Numbered from the stretch's first letter, positions 18,935-26,948 are shown. The stretch: DNA of 32,000 nt from Haloquadratum walsbyi C23 (GCF_000237865.1 NC_017459.1:2430001-2462000); one strand, 5' to 3'. Notes: generated by a model not told the origin, from the letters alone. Program-made: numbers and translations.

Positions 18935-19710
18935 CCAACAAATTCGTTCAATCCACGGTTAGTGTTGGTTAATGACGATATCGACACACCGTGTCTCGCC
19001 ACCGAGCACGTCCGTGCGCTCTACCAAGCGACCGACGATCAAGAAGAACACCTCCTGGTCCTCGCACTGTGTGCGTGGGGGCTTCGCCCGAGCGAAGTCG
19101 CGCGCCTCCACACGCGCCAGTTCGTCCTCGACGTCTCCACCGACGAAGTTCCGTATATCGTGTTCAAGGATCGAAAGAACGGCCCCGGCCAGGTGACGCT
19201 GCTCTACGGTCGGACTGTCCTGAAGGACCGACTCGCGACGTTCACCGATCACGACGACTGATAGTGATTAGTGCAAGTCTTTACCGCCGTGATTATCCGT
19301 GCCGTGATAGGAGCCCCTTAAACCGCGTCATTCGACACCGTCGGTGAAACTATTCGAACTAATCACTATGAGACGGCTATTTGTTCCCGTCACCCCATGC
19401 CTGGGGTGGGCCAATCCCACGGTGGACAGTCTGGAACAGATTTTCACAGCTCGCTGACCGTGTGGGGCTTGCCGACGAAATCGACGGAGTGGCACCTGCG
19501 CCGAAAATGGGGCGGCGGTACTGGTACGACGCGTACTCTGCGTCGCTCGACGTCGTTCTCGGTAGCCTCGACGAAATTGCGGCCGAACAAGGCAGCGCCA
19601 GCGCCGACGTCGTGTTGCAAAATTACCTCTCAGATTCGCGAGCCCGGAAGCTTCGGCAAGAATATATGCGTGAACAACTGGCTGCCGCGTTTGAACCGAC
19701 CGGCGAATAA
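18935..19710 (+). pseudogene. Tyrosine recombinase (phage-type integrase) remnant: N-terminal domain missing, catalytic domain split by a MITE
   Basis: Part 1 has LLVLALCAWGLRPSEVARL (catalytic Arg box). Part 2 (open from 19372) has DGYLFPS..., APKMGRRYWYDAY and GSASADVVLQNYL (His/Arg and Tyr boxes). The frame opens only at 18935, with no core-binding domain upstream. Confidence 0.75.
19259..19371. mobile_element. 113-bp MITE-like insertion in the integrase gene
   Basis: Perfect 12-bp terminal inverted repeats ATAGTGATTAGT (19261-19272) and ACTAATCACTAT (19358-19369). GAC lies on both flanks (19256-19258, 19372-19374). Removing it restores the integrase frame (...TDHDD / GYLFPS). Confidence 0.7.
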
Positions 19711-19768
19711 CGCCTCTACAGGCGGAACAGGCCGAGTACCTCGGGGGGTGACTCCGAAGCTATTCACC

Positions 19769-20198
19769 TCAGTTGAAGGGGTTGTCCGCAGTGTTCAGCC
19801 GCGTGACGGCGTCGAGCGCGTCGAAATCATCGTCGAACGAGTAGAGGTACTCGATACCTTCTCGTTCCATGTATGCCGCAATGGTCGAATCGACGAATGA
19901 GAGCTCCAAGTACCGGTGGAAGAGGGCCTGAACAGCGTTGAAATCCGTTTTCGGTCGTGGTCAATCTCGAAGTGGGCGCCCTCAATGAGCCGATCCAGCA
20001 TTTCGTTCGCAGCGTCTGGTCCGAGTTTCTCGCCGGTGAGGTTCAGCATTTCCGCGACGACGTAGTTCGTCACCATAACATCCGGAAGGTTGCCGTGGTC
20101 GATACCTCGGACAATCTCCTGAGCGCGGTCGTGGTAGTTGTCACGGGCGCTTGCACTGGGAAGAGGACGTTGGTGTCTAGGAGGGCAACCGGCATCAT
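19769..20198 (-). pseudogene. vapC: PIN-domain toxin VapC with two frameshifts
   Basis: Three frames give, in order, MMPVALLDTNVLFP..., then ARDNYHDRAQEIVRGIDHGNLPDVMVTNYVVAEMLNLTGEK...HFEIDHD, then FNAVQALFHRYLELSFVDSTIAAYMEREGIEYLYSFDDDFDALDAVTRLN. The ATG overlaps the vapB stop (ATGA). Confidence 0.75.
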
Positions 20199-20440
20199 TC
20201 CGCCCCGAACTCGCTCTCGACCTCGGCTGCGTCCGTCTCGCCAGCATCCACCGGCTCGAAGTCGTCAAAGACGCCCTCACGCTGATGGATGATCTCGATG
20301 GATAGGTCCCCCTCTTCGTTGGTGGTCCACCGAAGCTTGTCCCCCGGCTCGATGTCGAGACGTCGACGGAGATCGGCAGGGATTGTCACCATCCCCTGGT
20401 CGCCCACCTTCGTTTCCTCAGGACCTTCTTCAGTTGCCAT
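20195..20440 (-). CDS. vapB: AbrB/SpoVT-type antitoxin VapB
   Basis: MATEEGPEETKVGDQGMVTIPADLRRRLDIEPGDKLRW is a swapped-hairpin (AbrB) motif. I prefer the ATG at 20438-20440. Confidence 0.8.
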   Translation of the reverse strand: MATEEGPEETKVGDQGMVTIPADLRRRLDIEPGDKLRWTTNEEGDLSIEIIHQREGVFDDFEPVDAGETDAAEVESEFGAE

Positions 20441-20565
20441 ACCTTCGCGTACTGACCTCCGTAGCATACATATTGCTCTATATGTAGAGAGAGGATCGGT
20501 CCCCCATACTGCATATCTACACCATTGAATTTCCAGCTACACTACTCCAACCGCCGCAACTTTCT

Positions 20566-21132
20566 CTACCCATTCCACGTAAGCTGGTCAACGGTTGGAA
20601 ACTCGGATTTTGCTGTCTGGGGCGGGTTGTAGTATCGGGATTTGATATCGTAGTACCCGAATTCGGGAGGGAGACGAGCACACGCCATTGCCAGATTTTC
20701 GTCCGCTGTGTGGGTGATCACACGAATTCGGGCATTCGCGTCGAACAATCGAACCGCCAACGCGACCAACGACGCATCTCGCCAGTTGTTCGTCTCTGGG
20801 TACTTGCTTTGCTGGTTGAGAAACTCATCTGCAACGAACCGCGCTTTCTCAACCGGTCCAGCACTACTATCGAACCCCTTTGTGCGATCACCTGGTAGCG
20901 GTGTGGCTACCCGAAGCCACCCCTCTTCGACAGCCGCATCGAGGTACGGGTTCGTCGGTGAGTCGGTACTCCCAGTATCCGCCAGTTCGTGGTAGACCGC
21001 TGCTGGCACCCAAATTTCTGTTCCGGCTTGCTCTACGGCACGCTTGAGCGATTGTAAGCGCGGAGTGGGGTGCTTCCCTAAATTCCGAAACATCACCGTG
21101 TCCGCAATATTCGCAGTATACATCCTCGTCAT
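20566..21132 (-). CDS. PIN-like domain protein (188 aa), candidate toxin
   Basis: The N-terminal NIADTVMF acidic motif and the later ITHTADENLA suggest a PIN-like fold. Its ATG overlaps the upstream gene's TGA (ATGA at 21129-21132). A paralogous pseudogene lies at 25112-25659. Confidence 0.65.
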   Translation of the reverse strand: MTRMYTANIADTVMFRNLGKHPTPRLQSLKRAVEQAGTEIWVPAAVYHELADTGSTDSPTNPYLDAAVEEGWLRVATPLPGDRTKGFDSSAGPVEKARFVADEFLNQQSKYPETNNWRDASLVALAVRLFDANARIRVITHTADENLAMACARLPPEFGYYDIKSRYYNPPQTAKSEFPTVDQLTWNG

Positions 21133-21761
21133 TCGGTCTGCTTGTCGGCGAATTCCTCGAGGAGATTGCCTTCGTCCTCATCGAAATCATCCGGTGTGTA
21201 CGTCGTCGGGGGTGACTCGTCGTCACCGAGATCGAGAATCGAATAGAGCGCTTCGACGAGATCATACGCAGTACCAGGCGAAAGGTCTGTGAGGCTCGCG
21301 ATCTGCCGGATTGTGACGTCCCCCTCGCTGTGTGCTTTTACGAGATCGTATGCGAGTGCGAACGTGACGATGCCGTGCTCTTCGAGAACCCGTTTGATCG
21401 GGGGGTACTCGTTCTTCTGTGCGATCACCTCAATGAGTTCGGGAGTAATCGAGACTTCTGTCTCGCGGACCGTCAATATCAGCTCAAACTCTTCAGCGGT
21501 GTATACGGCGGTCCCGGCGTCGTCACCGGCCTTGCTGATCAGACCCGCCTGCTCCAGCTTATGGAGATAGTCGTACACCGTCTTCTTCGAGACAGTTGTT
21601 GCTTCGACGAGTTCGGGGGCCGTGGCAGTCGCTGAGCGTCTAATCGATGTATAGAGGCTAGCGAGGGACGGGTTTTCGAGTAATTCTGTAAACGTGGGGA
21701 TTCCGGTGATCATCCTCGGAGTGTCCCCCGCATTTCGCACGTGTTCTGTATCGTAGCTCAT
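21129..21761 (-). CDS. Double winged-helix DNA-binding protein, candidate antitoxin/regulator
   Basis: Two wHTH-like segments: TAPELVEATTVSKKTVYDYLHKLEQAGLISK and VTIRQIASLTDLSPGTAYDLVEALYSIL. Acidic tail. ATG at 21759-21761 preferred. Confidence 0.7.
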   Translation of the reverse strand: MSYDTEHVRNAGDTPRMITGIPTFTELLENPSLASLYTSIRRSATATAPELVEATTVSKKTVYDYLHKLEQAGLISKAGDDAGTAVYTAEEFELILTVRETEVSITPELIEVIAQKNEYPPIKRVLEEHGIVTFALAYDLVKAHSEGDVTIRQIASLTDLSPGTAYDLVEALYSILDLGDDESPPTTYTPDDFDEDEGNLLEEFADKQTE

Positions 21762-22021
21762 CTTGTATAGAGTTACGAAACTAGAAATCATAAACGTTTG
21801 CCACGGAAATAGAGCACTGCAGTGTTCACAAACGAGGGCACTGCTTTTCCCGTAAACAACCCATTCAACGAAGCGAACGACGAAGCCATGAGGAATTAGT
21901 GGGCCGGTTTACGCGTTTTCATTTGCTTGTGGCCGCCAGCATCCGAACATAAGACAGCGCTGGGACGGTCGCCCAGCTGAACGAGATCACCACAAGGAGA
22001 TTTTCAGGATAGCTAGATCAG

Positions 22022-22401
22022 TGAATCATAGAGTCCGTTAATCAATGAATTATTGAAACCATTAATCAGAGAGTCAAGGAGTACTTGATTCTTGGAATGC
22101 AATAGATCTCGGCGAGCCGGGATTCAATGAATCAGTGAATCAAAGAGATAATGAATCAAGGAATCTGTTACTATAGGAAGGGCTGAATCACTGATTCAGT
22201 AATGCCAGTAGCGAAACCAGTACTCAGGAACCGGGCATAGCGAGTAGAGGATTCATTGAATCCATGAATCAAGAATTCACTGATTCCTAGCCAATCTTGT
22301 GAAATATGGGTCTGTTGGAGTAATATACCGCGGAATTCAGCGTTCGAGAGTGTCTAGACCGGCATTAGATGTCTGACGTAAATTTATGAATCAGTGAATC
22401 A
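22022..22401. repeat. Iteron array: TGAATCA/TGATTCA heptamers in an approximately 640-bp intergenic region
   Basis: Nine perfect heptamers start at 22022, 22128, 22136, 22152, 22184, 22192 (inverted), 22265, 22387 and 22395. At least six one-mismatch variants are also present. The 17-mer ATGAATCAGTGAATCAA occurs twice (22127, 22386). A near-palindrome CTGAATCACTGATTCAG lies at 22183-22199. Confidence 0.85.
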
Positions 22402-22473
22402 ATGATCGTACTATGACCGAGTCGTAGTTGGATAGCAAGATCAAGATACACCGCTCAGTGATACCTCTCGTTC

Positions 22474-22676
22474 TTACCGAAGTTCTCTCCCACCTAGAAT
22501 TGACTGGAGCTGTTCAGGTGGATCAAGTCCTCGTCGTTTCCACGTCGCCAACATCGTTGTTATTGTCTCGTGAATCTGGACCCCTTCTGCCGAACGGAGG
22601 GTCCGAAACATCTTCCGAAGGACTACTTGCTCGCGCAGAGCCCGCTCTGCGCGATTATTCGTCGAGTCAATGCCTG
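22474..22676 (-). pseudogene. C-terminal fragment of an IS66-family transposase
   Basis: GIDSTNNRAERALREQVVLRKMFRTLRSAEGVQIHETITTMLATWKRRGLDP carries the IS66 NN-x-AER motif. It is truncated at 22676/22677, where the 190-bp repeat begins. Confidence 0.7.
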
Positions 22677-22868
22677 GCTCAGACACGCGAAATGCGGAAC
22701 ATAGCAAGCGATTGGGAACTCATATTATCTCGCCTTTCTATCGTTGAGGATGCAATCGAGAATTACAATACATACAGCAAGGACTTCCAACTGTCAGCCT
22801 GACTATGGTTGTATCGTCTGATTCATTTGACTCAGCAGCAGCGTCCCATCGCGCCTTTAGCAGTTTCA
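22677..22868 (+). repeat. Direct repeat copy 2 (truncated second copy of the wHTH 3' end and the 142-aa gene 5' end)
   Basis: Encodes ...AQTREMRNIASDWELILSRLSIVEDAIENYNTYSKDFQLSA, stop, then MVVSSDSFDSAAASHRA... before diverging. Confidence 0.88.
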
Positions 22869-22880
22869 GTCATCAGTCAT

Positions 22881-23102
22881 CTATTCATATTTCCGGACGA
22901 TTCCAAGTGTGACAAACTCCTCAAGATGAGTCCATGCAGCGTCCGCCGAGCACTGTATGCAATCGGCGATTATCGCTACCGTTGCGGGGTCACGGAGTCC
23001 AAAGGCAACACTGCGGATTCGATTTCGAGTATGTGTCGTTTCTGTCCACACCTCCTGCTCTTTCGTGATTGCTCCATCGGGCGGCGCGGGATCGAATATA
23101 TA
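22881..23102 (-). pseudogene. Short wHTH-family fragment (N-terminal domain only)
   Basis: The open frame reads ...EVWTETTHTRNRIRSVAFGLRDPATVAIIADCIQCSADAAWTHLEEFVTLGIVRKYE, stop. This parallels the WK..T.FDR(I/V)..V...IA......A..HL pattern of 17067-17585 and 15764-16327. The only start is a GTG at 23049-23051. Confidence 0.4.
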
Positions 23103-23489
23103 TCAGATATATTAGTTATTACCGCAAATATATTTGCAATTGGTATGTTACACGCGCTTTATTCGAAACTCCCAGCTGTCGTTGTGATGCTTCTTGGTTT
23201 CAGTCCCCGTGAGCCGATTGGGATATTGATAGATGATCGAAATGCTGAACGGACAATCTCCAGTGTGATTGAGAGTATATGATACGAAGGACGTGTTCGT
23301 GTGTTCAGTACTTTAGATACGATCCAGCATTTCGAATCACATACTTTCTGAGCGGTCTTCGTATCACTCTCCGGACGAGAAAACATCCCTTGTCATATTC
23401 TGATGTCCTCTCAACGGCGGTATAGATATTTTCGTCAAAACGCAATTACACAGCGCAAGAGTAAGCTATTATAGCAAGTATTACTATAT

Positions 23490-23750
23490 ATGAGTGAGTC
23501 TACTCGTGTCACAGAGAAGGGTCAGGCGACGATCCCTCACGAACTCCGCGAGAAATATGGCATAAATCCCGGTGACGAGGTCGTCTGGATGGACACTGGT
23601 GAGGGGATCGTGGTGAAAAAGCGTACTCGTACCGGCGGACGTGGGATGCTCGTTCCTGATGACACCTCGGATGCGAAGCGTGAGGAGATCGCCGAAGAAT
23701 TGGGACAGCGCGTTCGAAATCGCCGCGATCGGAACTACGAAGAAGTCTGA
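23490..23750 (+). CDS. vapB: AbrB/SpoVT-type antitoxin VapB
   Basis: MSESTRVTEKGQATIPHELREKYGINPGDEVVW is the AbrB swapped-hairpin motif. Followed 1 nt later by a PIN gene. Confidence 0.85.
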   Translation: MSESTRVTEKGQATIPHELREKYGINPGDEVVWMDTGEGIVVKKRTRTGGRGMLVPDDTSDAKREEIAEELGQRVRNRRDRNYEEV

Positions 23751-23751
23751 G

Positions 23752-24159
23752 ATGGCAGCATACACTACTGACGCCGTCTCGCTGCTGGTCTATCTCGTCG
23801 ACGCGCTCCCACAGGAGGCTGATCAAGTGTTCGCCGAAGCTGAAGCTGGGGAAACGGTCATCAAGACACCAAGTACAGCGATTGCTGAAGTGCTGTACTC
23901 GGTCTCCCGCGACAAGGACATTCGGGGCATCTCTCTCACGGGGACACCAGAGGACGCCCGTCAGGCGCTGGTTGGAAACGGACCGATCTCGGTCGCGCCC
24001 GTCGGTAATGCGGAGCTGGCAGAATACGCCCAACTGCTGGACGAGTTCAGCATCCATGACGGCCTGATTGTCGCTAGTCACCGCGCACAGGAGACTGATG
24101 CCATCCTCACGACTGACGGTGTTATCAGCAACGCCGGTTACAAGACGATCTGGGAGTAA
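23752..24159 (+). CDS. vapC: PIN-domain toxin VapC
   Basis: 135 aa from the ATG at 23752 (MAAYTTDAVSLLVYL...SIHDGLIVASHRAQETDAILTTDG). It has the N-terminal acidic residue and the C-terminal D-x-x-I / T-x-D PIN pattern. The listed ORF 23641-24159 starts too early. Confidence 0.8.
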   Translation: MAAYTTDAVSLLVYLVDALPQEADQVFAEAEAGETVIKTPSTAIAEVLYSVSRDKDIRGISLTGTPEDARQALVGNGPISVAPVGNAELAEYAQLLDEFSIHDGLIVASHRAQETDAILTTDGVISNAGYKTIWE

Positions 24160-24242
24160 CTTTTCTCTTCTGTGGTTATTGGACTCATCCGAGGATTGAA
24201 ACCATGGGTTTCCCTACATGTTCTTCTGTGAGTGAACGCGCT

Positions 24243-24608
24243 CTACCCGAAGTCGGAGTCAATACTGCGACCGGTGACGTACTCATCGCTCCCTATTCGC
24301 TCAGGCGCGTAACACGGGGTCTGCCAACCCGCGATGAACACCGGCGCCTCAATGTCGAGATCACTCCATCGGTCCAACAGCGGCGGAACGTCATCCCGGG
24401 GTTCGCTCACGCGCGGCTCGCGGTGAGTGTAGATCGTTCCCCTCGGTGGTCGGTGTTCGGTCGGTGGTGGGAGCGACTTCTTGACGATGTCATTGATGAT
24501 GACAATCCGCACGTTGAACAGCTGGGCGGGATACCACGCCGGAGTGGTCACGTCACATGCGACGACAAGGTCCCACGTTTCGAGTGCGTCTACGAACTCC
24601 CTCTTGAA
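24243..24608 (-). pseudogene. 5'-truncated gene fragment of unknown function
   Basis: The frame reads FKREFVDALETWDLVVACDV...LLDRWSDLDIEAPVFIAGWQTPCYAPERIGSDEYV... The tail resembles the frameshifted tail at 29746-29870 (PDIEAPIFHTADHGPCYVPDREGNNAYV). The N-terminal part of listed ORF 24243-24797 is merely antisense to the uppP fragment. Confidence 0.4.
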
Positions 24609-24843
24609 ACTCTCGTTCGTGTTATCGATTCCTGCAGCAATCGGTGGAGGGGTTCTTGCCGCAGTCGACTCCGGATTACAGGGACTCACACCGACGGCTG
24701 CGATTGCCGCATTCATTACAGCAGCGATTGTTGGATATCTCAGTATTGATCTGCTCTTACGAATCATTGAGCGAGTCGCGTTTTGGGCTGTCTGCATCGG
24801 ACTTGGGACAGCAGCGATTGTTGGTGGAGTTTTGGTAATCTGA
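24609..24843 (+). pseudogene. uppP: Duplicated 3' fragment of uppP (last approximately 77 codons)
   Basis: LSFVLSIPAAIGGGVLAAVDSGLQGLTPTAAIAAFITAAIVGYLSIDLLLRIIERVAFWAVCIGLGTAAIVGGVLVI differs from UppP residues 190-267 at 3 positions. No upstream uppP sequence is present. Confidence 0.9.
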
Positions 24844-25132
24844 AAGTTCGATCACAGCACGGATAAAGCACCGATTTCAGACGCTTCTTGAACAGTGCTG
24901 TATTAAACCGAAACCTTGTGAAACTCATATTCGCCAGTGTGAGGATTCATTTCTCAATCACAATGACTTGATATTTACTTTATGATGGAAGGCAAGCACT
25001 GCACGGTGCATATGGGATACAATGAGTCTATATCCACTCCAATTAATTGATTCGGGCATATGACAATACACCGGGCAGTATTAGCTATTTCAACCTAGGT
25101 ATCCTGACATCTCACCCGAACTGATTAGCAAC
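24609..25132 (+). repeat. Long direct repeat, copy 2
   Basis: See 15260-15784. Confidence 0.9.
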
Positions 25133-25659
25133 GAGAGTATCAATGAAATCCCGTCCTTCTATGATCATTGTGGTATCCCCGACACCGACAGCCGTGAGCA
25201 CGTCCTCAATAGCCTGTTCAGCTTTCGTATCGCTCACGAGCACGATGACATGAGTCGTATCATCCATTGCGTATTGATATGCGAGCCCCGCTAGAATAGT
25301 GTCCGTTTTCTCAATGTTATCTTCGGTAACGTCCTTAACAAAAAGATTCAGCATACGCTTCCGGGTTTTATCAACGACTTCAGAAACGCGGGGGATTGAA
25401 AAATCGACTCGCCCGGATTCAAGCCACCCAGCATTTTGTGCCGCCTGCGATCGGGTACGCTGCTAAACATACACATTCAGGCTTTCTCCCATTTTCTCGG
25501 CAACATGCCTTGGGACATGTATTGAGAGGTTTCGACGCGTTACGAACTGTTCGAACGCACGATACTGTTCGGTATCCGGTCCACCCATAGCGATGAGGAC
25601 ACTACTGTCGATGATGGCTAGGGTACGCTATTACACGGAATCTCTATTTTCGAACCCAT
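25112..25659 (-). pseudogene. PIN-like protein, decayed paralog of 20566-21132
   Basis: The pieces LAIIDSSVLIAMGGPDTEQYRAFEQFVTRRNLSIHVPRHVAEKM, AAQNAGWLESGRVDF... and MLNLFVKDVTEDNIEKTD...VIVLVSDTKAEQ lie in different frames and are separated by stops. They align with NIADTVMFRNLG...EIWVPAAVYHEL...AAVEEGWLRV... of the intact copy. Confidence 0.65.
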
Positions 25660-26149
25660 CAGTCGATCTGATTAAGATATGGGTCATGTGCCACAGCCTC
25701 CTCGACAACATCTTGCAGCGCCGTGAACACAGTCAGCCCCTCAACAGGATGGACACCGAGCTTGTTTGTACCTGTTCGCTGCGTGAAGCCGCCATCTATA
25801 ATCCGAAGCGTGTAATGGAGCGCGGCAGCCAGTTTGGAAACTCCCTGTCGGTCAACAAACACGCGAATATCCTCGCTCTCGCGTTGTCGACCAATCGCAT
25901 CAATCAAGACGGGTGTGGCACTGATGACAACATGTTCGGTATCCAATTCAATTGAAGATGAATCGGGTCAGCTGTTACCGTCGTGGGCGATACATCTTCA
26001 TCTCGAGTCAGGATATCCATTTCTTCGAGTCGTCTAAGATACTTGTATGCGGTTGAGTGCGGCATGTCGAGTTCAGTTTTGATCAGTTCAATCTCGACAG
26101 ACCTCATTAAGTCCCAGCTCGCGTAGTTCGCGACCCAAGCTTCGGGCAC
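25659..26149 (-). pseudogene. wHTH protein, frameshifted paralog of 21129-21761
   Basis: The first part is HSTAYKYLRRLEEMDILTRDEDVSPTTVTADPIHLQLN. After a frameshift near 25930 it continues DTEHVVISATPVLIDAIGRQRESEDIRVFVDRQGVSKLAAALHY. Compare AVYTAEEFELILTVRETEVSITPELIEVIAQKNEYPPIKRVLEEHGIVTFALAY. Its stop overlaps the ATG of the downstream PIN-like pseudogene. Confidence 0.65.
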
Positions 26150-26284
26150 GGGCTTTCCTCATCTCCTTGTGGTAACTACAGTCACAGACGGAACAACGGA
26201 TACACAAACATTTCTTCGTCAAGAAACTCAGAATCCAGACGTGTGAGGAGATTTAAGAGCCTTTAGCAACGGATTATAATAATC

Positions 26285-26623
26285 ATGAGACGAGAACAGC
26301 CCCCTGGCGTGCCAGTGGATGACAACCGTGAGCCATCGCTCCGCGATACCCTCGACGCCGTACGAGGCATGGACAGCCCAGGGGTTACCACCACTGACAT
26401 CAGAATCATTCTCGGCTGCTCTGCCGACACAGCTCGCCGGCGCCTCGAAATCCTATTTGAGCAAGGTCACGTAGACCGCCGGAAAACCAATCAGCAAACG
26501 CTCTGGTGGGAAATCGAATCCGAACACACCGAAGAGCGTGGCGCTGCTGAACATCTTGAACCCGTCGAGGGACCCAAAACAAACGCTGTCGAACTCATTG
26601 AAGCTAGCAGAGACGAGCGGTGA
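26285..26623 (+). CDS. Small winged-helix DNA-binding protein
   Basis: 112 aa. VTTTDIRIILGCSADTARRRLEILFEQGHVDRRK is an HTH plus wing pattern. Its stop overlaps the GTG start of the next ORF (GTGA). Confidence 0.65.
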   Translation: MRREQPPGVPVDDNREPSLRDTLDAVRGMDSPGVTTTDIRIILGCSADTARRRLEILFEQGHVDRRKTNQQTLWWEIESEHTEERGAAEHLEPVEGPKTNAVELIEASRDER

Positions 26624-26922
26624 CTGATCAGTATTCGGTTCCATACGAGGATCCACATCGTATCGTCACAAAACAATTCCGCCAAGTCACAGTCCAACAC
26701 GGTACTGGTGGTAACACGGTTCGTGGCGCACGACAGCGAGCACGCGTATCCCGCGCGAGTGACCCGCAGTACGATCGCTTCAACAGCGTCACGCTGGACG
26801 GGCGTTTTGTGCTAGTCTGTGCACTCGACGACGACGAAATCGTCAGGCTCACAACGGAGTTCGTCCCGGAGGGCGATCACGTCGGGTTCAGGTTCGAAGG
26901 GTCACTTGTTGCCAAAACGTAA
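26620..26922 (+). CDS. Hypothetical protein, coupled to the upstream wHTH gene
   Basis: 100 aa with a 4-nt overlap to the upstream gene. No family recognised. Its first approximately 18 codons lie in a 53-nt segment repeated at 29067-29119. Confidence 0.45.
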   Translation: MTDQYSVPYEDPHRIVTKQFRQVTVQHGTGGNTVRGARQRARVSRASDPQYDRFNSVTLDGRFVLVCALDDDEIVRLTTEFVPEGDHVGFRFEGSLVAKT

Positions 26923-26948
26923 TTACCTAGCACAATCGTAGATGTCCT

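Noticed and set aside
22022-22401. The heptamer array read as a CRISPR array
   Set aside because: The repeats are only 7 nt, irregularly spaced and in both orientations. There is no repeat-spacer periodicity and no cas genes.
22809-23282. 157-aa plus-strand ORF, and ORF 23159-23386
   Set aside because: They run across the junction of two truncated gene fragments and through an AT-rich spacer. The composition is not haloarchaeal-protein-like.
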